In this document: positions 18,682-26,787 of the stretch, in pieces
Layout of the letters: every line of letters begins with the position of its first letter
Position numbering within the stretch: the first letter of the stretch is position 1
Position numbers and translations under genes: made by a program
Assembly (NCBI GenBank): GCA_013204345.1
Contig: JABMOB010000002.1
Coordinates: forward strand, 1 to 53,980
Reading direction: 5' to 3'
Source of the DNA: Parcubacteria group bacterium
GTDB lineage: Bacteria; Patescibacteriota; Minisyncoccia; Phycocordibacterales; JABMOB01
DNA: 53,980 nucleotides
Notes under the pieces: model-generated
What the model was told of the DNA's origin: nothing
The model's input: the letters and a program-made list of their open reading frames with translations, nothing else
The model's database searches: none

Positions 18682-18963
18682 TCAGTTTCCTTTTGTAAGT
18701 TGTTCCAATAAGAGTTTTCGAAATTGAACACGTTCACTATCTGTGAGTTCCATTTTCTTTTTCAACACAGTTGAGACATAAAGCACGTTCTCCTTTTCAA
18801 AGACATCCACAATATGCAAACCCGTCTCGCCATTTCTATCGACGATTTTACAAATCGCCCGCGTCTCGCTGACGAGATTTTCCAATCGACTTTTTCCCTC
18901 TTTTGTGTGTGCTACCTGTATGTAGATTTCACGAAAACAATACTGAATCAAAAAACGATCCAT
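18682..18963 (-). CDS. Uncharacterised 93-aa protein
   Basis: SD AAGGAG before ATG; first gene of a three-gene minus-strand run. Confidence 0.65.
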   Translation of the reverse strand: MDRFLIQYCFREIYIQVAHTKEGKSRLENLVSETRAICKIVDRNGETGLHIVDVFEKENVLYVSTVLKKKMELTDSERVQFRKLLLEQLTKGN

Positions 18964-18980
18964 TTATTCTCCTTTCAAAG

Positions 18981-19020
18981 AACTACCAGCTTTCCCCTAT
19001 TGAAAAGCTGGTATGTAGTT
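18981..19020 (-). terminator. Attenuator hairpin 2 (directly before SD)
   Basis: taccagcttttc-aatagg-ggaaagctggta followed by gttctttg. Confidence 0.6.
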
Positions 19021-19047
19021 TGGGAAGAATTATTTCCAATACACAAA

Positions 19048-19134
19048 TCAGCCCTCCAAGTAGGAAGATGTATAGTGCGCCCAATGCCAATATGAGATTT
19101 TTATGATTTGTATTTTAGATTGATTTTTTTTCAT
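19048..19134 (-). CDS. Leader peptide 2, MKKNQSKIQIIKISYWHWAHYTSSYLEG (28 aa)
   Basis: Manually translated; below ORF-track cutoff; shares MKK..I..WH-x-x-H-aromatic..Y..G with peptide 1. Confidence 0.65.
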   Translation of the reverse strand: MKKNQSKIQIIKISYWHWAHYTSSYLEG

Positions 19135-19152
19135 TTATTTTAATTAGTTAAT

Positions 19153-19189
19153 AAAACAAAACACCCCTCTTAGTTCGAAGGGTGTTTTT
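19153..19189 (-). terminator. Attenuator terminator 1
   Basis: aaaacacccttc-gaactaa-gaggggtgtttt then gttttatt. Confidence 0.72.
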
Positions 19190-19220
19190 GATTAAAGATA
19201 TGTGTCCTGTTTAGATAGAT

Positions 19221-19301
19221 TTAGCAGACGCACCAATAACCCCCTTCGTATGAGAAGTGGTTATAATGCCAGTTATTCAATGTTATGGCTGTCTTTTTCA
19301 T
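19221..19301 (-). CDS. Leader peptide 1, MKKTAITLNNWHYNHFSYEGGYWCVC (26 aa)
   Basis: Manually translated; ATG 9 nt after TTGACA-16-TAGTAT promoter (19338-19311); coding segment cgaagggggtt can pair with the terminator 5' arm. Confidence 0.68.
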   Translation of the reverse strand: MKKTAITLNNWHYNHFSYEGGYWCVC

Positions 19302-19339
19302 TACTTATTTATACTACTACATACCCAAATCCTGTCAAC

Positions 19340-19413
19340 CTACTTCACCGCATTCAATTCCACGTAGAAAGTGGAGCCTTTGCCAGCAACGGTGGATTCT
19401 ACCCAGATTTTAC
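19340..19413 (-). pseudogene. Remnant 3' end of a histidine kinase gene
   Basis: Reads KIWVESTVAGKGSTFYVELNAVK*, matching KIWVESEGQGKGSTFFVEFPAKK* at 20266-20339. Confidence 0.8.
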
Positions 19414-19447
19414 TGTTTCAACATACTCTCCAATTGCGATTGCCTGA

Positions 19448-20134
19448 CTAAAGTTTCTTCATGTAAGCAAGCCAATAATTTCTTTTATATGACTGCCTAT
19501 TAAACTGAGCATAGTTTGTCTTTTTGATAAGTTTCTGTATTTCAAAATACTTAGAATACACAACGACAAAATCGTCACGAGAAAAGACTCTTTCGGTAAG
19601 ATTCATATCTTTATTAATATAAGTATCATATTCTGAACCTGGGCTCTGCCGAAGTAGATTTTTTGCATTCTTATCTCCATCCTTACACAAAGCACGTACA
19701 AAAAAATGTCCATTTACCTTTAATACTCGATGAACTTCTTTCAGATAAATTTCTCGCTCTCTCTCATTAAGAGAATTGGATGACATAACATCTACAATCA
19801 AATCAAAATATCCATCATCAAAATGGTACGGAGCTCCTATATCTCCCATCTTATAATCAACCTTAATGTTCGTTTCTTCCGCTCGAGAAATAGCTAATTT
19901 AATAGCGACTAATGAGATTTCAAGACCAATAACGTTATTACCCATCTGCGCTAAATAATTTGCATTTTTACCATTCCCTGACCCTAGATCAAGAATATTC
20001 AAATTCTCTACAAGCACTTCCTCGTCTTTTCTGAGGAACTTAATATATTTTCTAAGATCACCCCTCGGCTCTTCTCCTATTTTCAAAAGTTGAGGATTCT
20101 TATATTCTCGTTCCCACGCATCTCTTTGGGGCAT
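19448..20134 (-). CDS. Class I SAM-dependent methyltransferase
   Basis: ILDLGSGNGKN, GLEIS, FDLIVD, EVHRVLK.NG. Confidence 0.9.
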   Translation of the reverse strand: MPQRDAWEREYKNPQLLKIGEEPRGDLRKYIKFLRKDEEVLVENLNILDLGSGNGKNANYLAQMGNNVIGLEISLVAIKLAISRAEETNIKVDYKMGDIGAPYHFDDGYFDLIVDVMSSNSLNEREREIYLKEVHRVLKVNGHFFVRALCKDGDKNAKNLLRQSPGSEYDTYINKDMNLTERVFSRDDFVVVYSKYFEIQKLIKKTNYAQFNRQSYKRNYWLAYMKKL

Positions 20135-20265
20135 AATTTTAATGATTACTATGGTTTGAAAAGTAAGCCTCTCAACTTACCCGAGTTTACCCTGTTGCGA
20201 GCCCTTCCTTATAGTCAGCTGTGCCGTCTATTAGGACTTGCCTGCGACAGTGATTTGACCATTAC

Positions 20266-21885
20266 TTACTTTTTTGCAGGGAATTCCACAAAGAAAGTAG
20301 AGCCTTTGCCTTGACCTTCGGATTCCACCCAGATTTTACCTCCATTTGCTTCTACAATACCTTTAGCGAAGTATAGGCCATAACCGGTCGAGCTGACGTT
20401 AACTTTGACAGAATCTTTGCCACGACCACCTTCTGTGAATAGATGTGTTTTGTCCTCCGGAGTAATCCCTACACCTGTATCTTTAAACGAGAAAATAACC
20501 CTTCCATCAGTTCGCAACAAAGCAACCTTCAATCCACCGGTCGGTGTGTATCTTATAGAATTGTCTATCAAATTTCTAACGACATGTTTTGCAATCTGAT
20601 CCTGATCACCCACAACAGTAAAATCAGCACCTTCAGGAATATTCGTTTCAACAGAAAGTCCTTTTTCTTCGGCATCCGCTTTCAAATCAGAAACTATTTC
20701 CAAAACTGAAGTTTTCATATCAAACGGCTTCATGTCCATTTTCATTTTACCGTTCTTCAAGTCAGACGAGCTCAAAATATTCATAACCATATCTACCGCC
20801 TTTTTGGTATCTTTGTCGGCAACTTTCACAATATCTTTAACTTCTACCGGCACATCACCATAATCCCCTTCCAAAATTCCGCCAAAAACAGCTCTTCCTT
20901 TACCCAAAGCACCTTTAACCTCGTGACTAATGAAGTGTACGAGGCTCTTCAACTGCTCTGCCAACATTTCAATCTTTTCTCGTTGTTCTATCTCCTTTTT
21001 GACACTGTGAATCAAGTTGAGTCCAATGAATCCAGTCAAAATCAATGTGATGGCAACAAGAATTTGGTTTGTGCTATTTTGTATAAAGAAAAATTCTGAA
21101 CCGATAACAATAACCAAAGAAACAACAAGCGCTTGTGCACCAATCAATTTAACACTGAACGCCCTGAACTTAACGATCATATAAACAAGAAACGCCATGA
21201 ATACAGGCATACCGAACAAACCATACTGTAGAATTTTCCAATTGTCAGGATTATCAGGGTTGACCAATGATGCAATACTACCTATCAAATTGCTCCCGGA
21301 AAAGGAAAAAGAGAAAAAGAGAACACCTATGGCAAAAAGCATAACCTGACTTCTTTTTGGCTTGACCGATTTCACCATCTTCCTTATCAGGTATGTAAAG
21401 AGAAACAGAAAATTAAATACTTCTATGAAATAGAAATAATTTATAAGTGGTCCTTGTTGAGATTCGCAATTGGCAACATTGAAGCCGTATAAATTAAGTT
21501 GTGTGGGAATTAAAACAGCAAACGATAATAATATAAAACCAAAAAGCAACTTGGCCCAAAAAGGAGGAGTTTTTTTGTCAAGAAAGCTGTATGCAAAATA
21601 TAAGACTGCCATAGAAATAGAAATCTCAACAAGATTTACTATAGACCAGAAAAACATCACCATTCTACTGTCCGGGCTTACCCAAATAATTATGTCACTA
21701 GCCACCCATATTGAAAAAAGAATTCCGATTACCAACAAAAGTCTTGAGGCAAAAAGTTTCCTGTTGTTCGTAAAAACAAAAATACCTAATATCAAACAGA
21801 TAACGGCCGTTGGTATATGAGAATAATAAAGTAAATGGGGAATATCGAAGTAACAAATTTGTATATTTGAAATAAGGTTATACAT
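20266..21885 (-). CDS. Multi-TM sensor histidine kinase (no response regulator in window)
   Basis: Hydrophobic N-half; SHEVKGAL H-box, NLIDNSIRYT, DTGVGI, TGYGLY, GKGSTF. Confidence 0.92.
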   Translation of the reverse strand: MYNLISNIQICYFDIPHLLYYSHIPTAVICLILGIFVFTNNRKLFASRLLLVIGILFSIWVASDIIIWVSPDSRMVMFFWSIVNLVEISISMAVLYFAYSFLDKKTPPFWAKLLFGFILLSFAVLIPTQLNLYGFNVANCESQQGPLINYFYFIEVFNFLFLFTYLIRKMVKSVKPKRSQVMLFAIGVLFFSFSFSGSNLIGSIASLVNPDNPDNWKILQYGLFGMPVFMAFLVYMIVKFRAFSVKLIGAQALVVSLVIVIGSEFFFIQNSTNQILVAITLILTGFIGLNLIHSVKKEIEQREKIEMLAEQLKSLVHFISHEVKGALGKGRAVFGGILEGDYGDVPVEVKDIVKVADKDTKKAVDMVMNILSSSDLKNGKMKMDMKPFDMKTSVLEIVSDLKADAEEKGLSVETNIPEGADFTVVGDQDQIAKHVVRNLIDNSIRYTPTGGLKVALLRTDGRVIFSFKDTGVGITPEDKTHLFTEGGRGKDSVKVNVSSTGYGLYFAKGIVEANGGKIWVESEGQGKGSTFFVEFPAKK

Positions 21886-21891
21886 AATATT

Positions 21892-22785
21892 TTATTCGTA
21901 AAAAGATAATTTACCCTTATCTTTCAACAACTTATAAGAAATAATATCGTAAGATAATTGAGCTGCGGCATATTGTGTCAATACATCATCCTTTATCGGA
22001 GATACTTCTACAATATCAGCTCCGACCAAATCCCTACTTTTAATCAAAGATCTGATCAGTTTCCTGGTGTAATGCCATTCCAGACCACCCGGAACTGGCG
22101 TACCAGTAGCCGGCATATGTGCTGGGTCTAAACCATCGACATCTATAGTTAAATAAACCTTTTTTGTTTTTATCGAATCTATTATAGATTTTATACTATG
22201 TTTTTTGCCTCTTCCCCATTCAAAAACTTTTAAGTTATTTTTCTTTATAAACTTGCTATCAAAAATAGAATACGTCCTAATCCCAACCTGAACAGATTTA
22301 AAACCCAATTCACAACCCCTTCTCATTGTAGAAGCATGGCTAAACTTGTCAGATGTTTTCTTGTAATCATATGTGCTATCTCTTAAATCAGGATGAGCAT
22401 CAATCTGTAAAATGGTCACGTCAGAGGGTTTGTGCAATTTAGAAATTCCAAAAAACGAGCCTATAGACACCGAATGATCTCCGCCCAACAACACAATAAA
22501 CTTATCGCTATGATTAGTATAAAAATCTTGTATTTTCTGAACCATTTTATCTGGAGATAATTTATTTAACCCCTTCAAATCATGGTGAAAAATTTTTAAA
22601 CTTCTAAAAGACTCCTCTTGCAAAAATCTGTCAAAAAACTCCAGATTACCATGTAAACATTCAACAATTGCATGCGGTCCGTTTTCCGCACCAGACCTAT
22701 AGGTAAACGAATGACCGTATGGAGCACTTAAAACTACTACTTCAGCTTCTTTTATATTTTTACAATTTATTATGGATTCAATCAT
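21892..22785 (-). CDS. speB: Agmatinase (ureohydrolase family)
   Basis: GGDHS, DAHPD, SHAS, DVDGLDP...TGTPVPGG, DIVEVSP. Confidence 0.88.
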   Translation of the reverse strand: MIESIINCKNIKEAEVVVLSAPYGHSFTYRSGAENGPHAIVECLHGNLEFFDRFLQEESFRSLKIFHHDLKGLNKLSPDKMVQKIQDFYTNHSDKFIVLLGGDHSVSIGSFFGISKLHKPSDVTILQIDAHPDLRDSTYDYKKTSDKFSHASTMRRGCELGFKSVQVGIRTYSIFDSKFIKKNNLKVFEWGRGKKHSIKSIIDSIKTKKVYLTIDVDGLDPAHMPATGTPVPGGLEWHYTRKLIRSLIKSRDLVGADIVEVSPIKDDVLTQYAAAQLSYDIISYKLLKDKGKLSFYE

Positions 22786-22796
22786 TATATAATATC

Positions 22797-23159
22797 CTAA
22801 TTAACCGGCGTTGCTGTGGAACACTCTTCTCCGTCTGATATATTATCTGGCGTACAATAAGTAACGGTACAATCTATTTCTCCACTTTTACAAACAAGAG
22901 CGTCACAACTAGAATCTGCTGGATCACAAAGACTCACATTAAATGCCTTCTTCGTTACAACTTTATAATAATCTATATTAGTGGAACAATCTGAGTCTTC
23001 ACATGGTATATAAAAACAAGACTCTGTTTCTGGATCACAACTTGCATCTGCTGTTATTAGATAATCTTCCTCGATAACATACCTATAAAACGTGTAGCCA
23101 ATAGCGACAAGGGCAACTAAAAGTATAACCGCTAGTAATATTTTTGACTTTTTGTCCAT
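22797..23159 (-). CDS. Membrane-anchored Cys-rich small protein
   Basis: N-terminal TM then CDPETESCF..PC...C repeats; N-terminus shared with 26532-26759. Confidence 0.75.
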   Translation of the reverse strand: MDKKSKILLAVILLVALVAIGYTFYRYVIEEDYLITADASCDPETESCFYIPCEDSDCSTNIDYYKVVTKKAFNVSLCDPADSSCDALVCKSGEIDCTVTYCTPDNISDGEECSTATPVN

Positions 23160-23237
23160 TTGATTATTATAACAATAATTACAATGTATTCACAGAAAAT
23201 ATGAAAAGAAATAAATTAACTTTTTTCTCCATACTCT

Positions 23238-23272
23238 TTTATTCTACCACAAAATCCCCCGCTGGTGGGAAA
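23238..23272. repeat. 35-bp direct repeat, copy 1 (copy 2 at 23853-23887)
   Basis: tttattctaccacaaaat-cccccgc-tggtgggaaa vs tttattctaccacaaaat-ttaccgt-tggtgggaaa (31/35 identical). Confidence 0.8.
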
Positions 23273-23589
23273 TTTTCCAAATCAACTAAAACCTTTGGAA
23301 AATTAGGTTTTTCTAGGTTCTCCCTTAAGATTGTTTTATGATATAAATCTATAGGTTCAGTAGATTTTTCCAAAACTTCAAATACTTTTTTAATATCTAT
23401 ACATTTCATCACATAGAACAAATAGTTTTCACCCTGCTGGCAATCAATAAAAGCGCTCTCAAATATTACACCCTCTTTTTTTAATGTTTGTAAAGCCTCA
23501 TCTTGTCTAGAATTTATGACTCCAGCCCATTCTTCGATTTTTTTAAGCGAGCCTTCTTTTATTTTATATTTTGCAATAAATGTTTTCAT
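23239..23589 (-). CDS. Hypothetical protein (DUF6176-like)
   Basis: EALQTL..EGV..ESAF...YL.YVM...PIDLYH pattern. Confidence 0.65.
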   Translation of the reverse strand: MKTFIAKYKIKEGSLKKIEEWAGVINSRQDEALQTLKKEGVIFESAFIDCQQGENYLFYVMKCIDIKKVFEVLEKSTEPIDLYHKTILRENLEKPNFPKVLVDLENFPPAGDFVVE

Positions 23590-23657
23590 ATATTTATTTT
23601 TATGGAAAAAAATGTGGTTCCGAAGGATAAGGCCTTTTCCATTTTAGAGTTAATGGG

Positions 23658-23846
23658 GTCAGCCACCATTTATACTCATCTTCTTCAAATCCTTCTTCGC
23701 AAAAACTCCCTTACCATATCTCTCCGTATCTCTAACCTCCAACTTAGGATTCACCCATACACTAAAATTTTAGTGTATGGGCAGGTCCATGAAAACATCC
23801 GCTTTTTGGATTCCAATCCCCCATCAGAATTCTTTTCCTCATTCAT
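23658..23846 (-). pseudogene. Truncated SET-domain gene start disrupted by a 32-nt palindromic insertion
   Basis: Removing 23755-23786 restores MNEEKNSDGGLESKKRMFSW-VNPKLEVRDTERYGKGVFAKKDLKK (SET N-terminal G.GVFA..D motif). Confidence 0.65.
23754..23781. repeat. Perfect 28-bp palindrome (REP-like insertion)
   Basis: cccatacactaaaattttagtgtatggg. Confidence 0.85.
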
Positions 23847-24036
23847 TATATTTTTATTCTACCACAAAATTTACCGTTGGTGGGAAAGGTGGGAATTTTA
23901 ACTTTGACAGCGACACAAGCGAGATGTAATCTTATACATAAACACTCTTTCACAGTAATGTGTTGTGAAAAGTATGTTCTTTGCAAAAGAGATCGTTTCT
24001 CTCATTTTGGGTTAATCCCAGAAAGTTTGGTGTTTT

Positions 24037-24624
24037 ATGACTGCCACAAGCATGTTGGTTCCACCAATCAGAGTGGAAAGGGGTAATGTCGCACCCTCGT
24101 CTGCGATACCGGTTCAAGGGGTTCTCAGTGAGCTGATAATCCCCGCAGTACGGGGCGAGTACTACGCCTACTCCTCCGAATTCACGGGGGAACGACCTCT
24201 CTACGCACTTTTGAAGTGCAAAGCGAACAAAGCCCGCCCAATCCCGGACGCAGAGGAGCTTGGCCGTGAAGTCAACTTCCTCTTCCTGTTCGGTAGCCCG
24301 ACCCATATCCAAATCTATGCGATCAGGGAGGCGCACACTTCTGGTCTGCTAGGCAATTCCGTTAACGGTAAATTGTTTGGCGAAACGTGGATCGCACCTG
24401 CTGAAATCACAGCCGAAAAATTCTACGAGATCCGCTCGCGTAAAGACGTGACGGCGCTGGTGAAGACCTGCGAAACTGCGTGCTCGAAGCGCAAGGTGTC
24501 CATCGCCCTGAATCAGGGAGCGGTTGTCGCCATGATGACCGATGGTGGCAAGTACGGCCTATTTGTTGTGAAGGAAATCACATCAGCATCGATCAAGATC
24601 GATGCCTGTCACATTCTGCTGTAA
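24037..24624 (+). CDS. Hypothetical protein, visibly GC-richer than its surroundings
   Basis: 195-aa ORF with GC-ending codons; followed by a strong hairpin. Confidence 0.7.
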   Translation: MTATSMLVPPIRVERGNVAPSSAIPVQGVLSELIIPAVRGEYYAYSSEFTGERPLYALLKCKANKARPIPDAEELGREVNFLFLFGSPTHIQIYAIREAHTSGLLGNSVNGKLFGETWIAPAEITAEKFYEIRSRKDVTALVKTCETACSKRKVSIALNQGAVVAMMTDGGKYGLFVVKEITSASIKIDACHILL

Positions 24625-24647
24625 ACCCGCACGACTCATCAACAACC

Positions 24648-24690
24648 TCTGCCACCAAGGGAACACTAACCTTGGTGGCAGATTTAATTT
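24648..24690 (+). terminator. Hairpin terminator
   Basis: tctgccaccaagg-gaacactaa-ccttggtggcaga tttaattt. Confidence 0.7.
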
Positions 24691-24728
24691 AAGGACCAAA
24701 CATAAAATAGGTATATAATATATAAATT

Positions 24729-25715
24729 ATGAAAACAATTATTCCAGATAAATTAAAAGAGGGTGATAAAGTTATGGTGGTAGCACCTTCTGATTCTCTT
24801 AGTCTTATTTCTAAAGAAACAAGACTTATTGCAGATGAAAGATTTAGTAGAATTGGCCTGGAGTTATCTTTTGCCAAAAATGTTAATGAGCTGGATGAAT
24901 TTGATTCTTCGAGTATTGAATCGAGGGTCAGTGATTTACACAAAGCTTTTTCGGATAAAAATGTAAAAGGGGTATTTGCTGTAATTGGAGGTTTTAATTG
25001 CAACCAGCTTTTGCGTTATTTAAATTGGGACCTAATAAAAAATAATCCGAAGGTTTTTATTGGTTATTCAGACACGACCGCGCTACAAAATGCCATATAT
25101 GCAAAAACTGGGTTGGTCACATACTCTGGGCCAGCATATGTCACGTTTGGTCAGAAACTTTATTTTGACTACACATTGGAATATTTTAAAAAATGTTTAC
25201 TCAGTGACAAAGAATTTGATATTTTACCTAGTGAATCATGGAGTGACGACAACTGGTACAGAGATCAGGATAATAGAAAGTTAATCAGGAATAATGGCTG
25301 GCTAGTTATTAATACCGGCAAAGCAAAAGGAACGATTCTTGGTGCAAATATCTGCACCCTTAATCTTCTCCAAGGAACAGAGTATCTCCCAAATATATCT
25401 AATTCTATTTTATTTTTGGAAGACGACGGTGAATCAAAGCTAACAAATTTTGATCGCGACTTACAATCTCTTATCCATCTTCCGAACTTCAATGAAGTAA
25501 AAGGTGTAGTTATAGGACGATTTCAAAACGCAAGTGAAGTAAAAACCGAGCAACTGAAAAAGATTATTAAATCAAAAAAAGAATTGGATCACATACCAGT
25601 ACTGGCAAATGTTGACTTCGGGCACACTGATCCCATGATTACTTTCCCCATAGGGGGAGAAGTCGAATTGACTGTATCTGACAAAAAATCGACGCTAAAA
25701 ATGGTCAAACATTGA
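24729..25715 (+). CDS. S66 family LD-carboxypeptidase (MccF-like)
   Basis: VAPS, IGGFN, FIGYSDTT, LFLEDD, DFGHTDP.ITFPIG. Confidence 0.92.
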   Translation: MKTIIPDKLKEGDKVMVVAPSDSLSLISKETRLIADERFSRIGLELSFAKNVNELDEFDSSSIESRVSDLHKAFSDKNVKGVFAVIGGFNCNQLLRYLNWDLIKNNPKVFIGYSDTTALQNAIYAKTGLVTYSGPAYVTFGQKLYFDYTLEYFKKCLLSDKEFDILPSESWSDDNWYRDQDNRKLIRNNGWLVINTGKAKGTILGANICTLNLLQGTEYLPNISNSILFLEDDGESKLTNFDRDLQSLIHLPNFNEVKGVVIGRFQNASEVKTEQLKKIIKSKKELDHIPVLANVDFGHTDPMITFPIGGEVELTVSDKKSTLKMVKH

Positions 25716-25767
25716 TTAAGTAAACTGGTAAGGATAATGGAAACGAGTTTTTTAATTTTTAATAGAC

Positions 25768-26478
25768 ATGTCAAATCCGATAATTCAGTTGAAATTCGAT
25801 CAAAAACTAGACCTAGAGATGGGTTGGGAATTTTATTCGGACCAGGAATTTGGTGGTTGTAATTTTTGGAAAGAACGAGCATTAGCTCACCACCCAAAGC
25901 TTTCAGAAATTGAAATGGCCAAAAATCCACATCTTTTTTTAGATCAGTACATTTCTGAATTTTACAATATTCATTCTTCAGAGATGAATGGCCTTAGCCA
26001 AAAGACACCTTTGTATCTTAGTGAATCTCAAGATCTCTTTTTTGAATTGGTTGACAAGATATTTAATCATTACCCTTGGCCAAAAAAAGAGTTCGTCGGC
26101 ATCTTTTCAATTTTTGATTTTTGTCCGCGTTTTATAGATTCAGGCAGTTTCCAAATTTTTCTTTATGATAATCGCCGTATGCAACTTTTTACTATTTTCC
26201 ACGAAATGTTACATTTCATTTTTTATGCTTATGCTCAAAAAACTTTTCCGGAAAAGTTTACAAATTTAAATACTGATGAGGGTAAATTTTGGGATTTAGC
26301 AGAAATATTTAATGCTGTGATTCAAGATACGGATGATTTCATTAAACTCCACGGCAAAATAGAGGGTATTGGTTATCCAAACCACCAAGAAATGATTATT
26401 ACTGGTAAGGATTTATGGAAAAATAATCCTAATATTAATGGGTGGATTACTGAAATGATGAAAACTCTCTCAAAATAA
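25768..26478 (+). CDS. Hypothetical protein with HEXXH (possible Zn metalloprotease)
   Basis: FHEMLHF and downstream LAE. Confidence 0.6.
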   Translation: MSNPIIQLKFDQKLDLEMGWEFYSDQEFGGCNFWKERALAHHPKLSEIEMAKNPHLFLDQYISEFYNIHSSEMNGLSQKTPLYLSESQDLFFELVDKIFNHYPWPKKEFVGIFSIFDFCPRFIDSGSFQIFLYDNRRMQLFTIFHEMLHFIFYAYAQKTFPEKFTNLNTDEGKFWDLAEIFNAVIQDTDDFIKLHGKIEGIGYPNHQEMIITGKDLWKNNPNINGWITEMMKTLSK

Positions 26479-26531
26479 ACGCAGCAAAAAATATGCAGAA
26501 CTATCTTACGTATTTGAAAATATTATTCGGC

Positions 26532-26759
26532 CTACAAATTGTCGCCAGAGGTCGTGTCAAGATTTTCCTCATCAATAACTGGAGTATCAGAAGCTTGTTC
26601 TCCACCGTCCGTTAGAGCTTCCTCATCAGTGACAACTTCTTCCTCGGTATTCACCACTTCAAAATCCTGTCTTATAACAGTCTTGTAAAAAGTGTAGCCG
26701 ATTGAAGCGACAGCAACGATTATTATGACCCATAACAATATCTTTGATTTTTTATCCAT
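26532..26759 (-). CDS. Small membrane-anchored acidic protein
   Basis: MDKKSKILL..TM..IGYTFY, paralogous N-terminus to 22797-23159. Confidence 0.7.
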   Translation of the reverse strand: MDKKSKILLWVIIIVAVASIGYTFYKTVIRQDFEVVNTEEEVVTDEEALTDGGEQASDTPVIDEENLDTTSGDNL

Positions 26760-26787
26760 TGTAGTGCTATTATGATTCTAATTATAT

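Noticed and set aside
19202-19503. Plus-strand ORFs 19202-19447 and 19285-19503 (also 18814-19106)
   Set aside because: They are shadows of the minus-strand leader peptides, promoter and kinase remnant.
20140-20262. Possible riboswitch upstream of the methyltransferase
   Set aside because: GC-richer spacer, but I could not match any known aptamer consensus or a convincing fold.
23503-24336. ORFs 23503-23901 (+) and 23950-24336 (-)
   Set aside because: Antisense shadows of the SET remnant and of the 195-aa gene.
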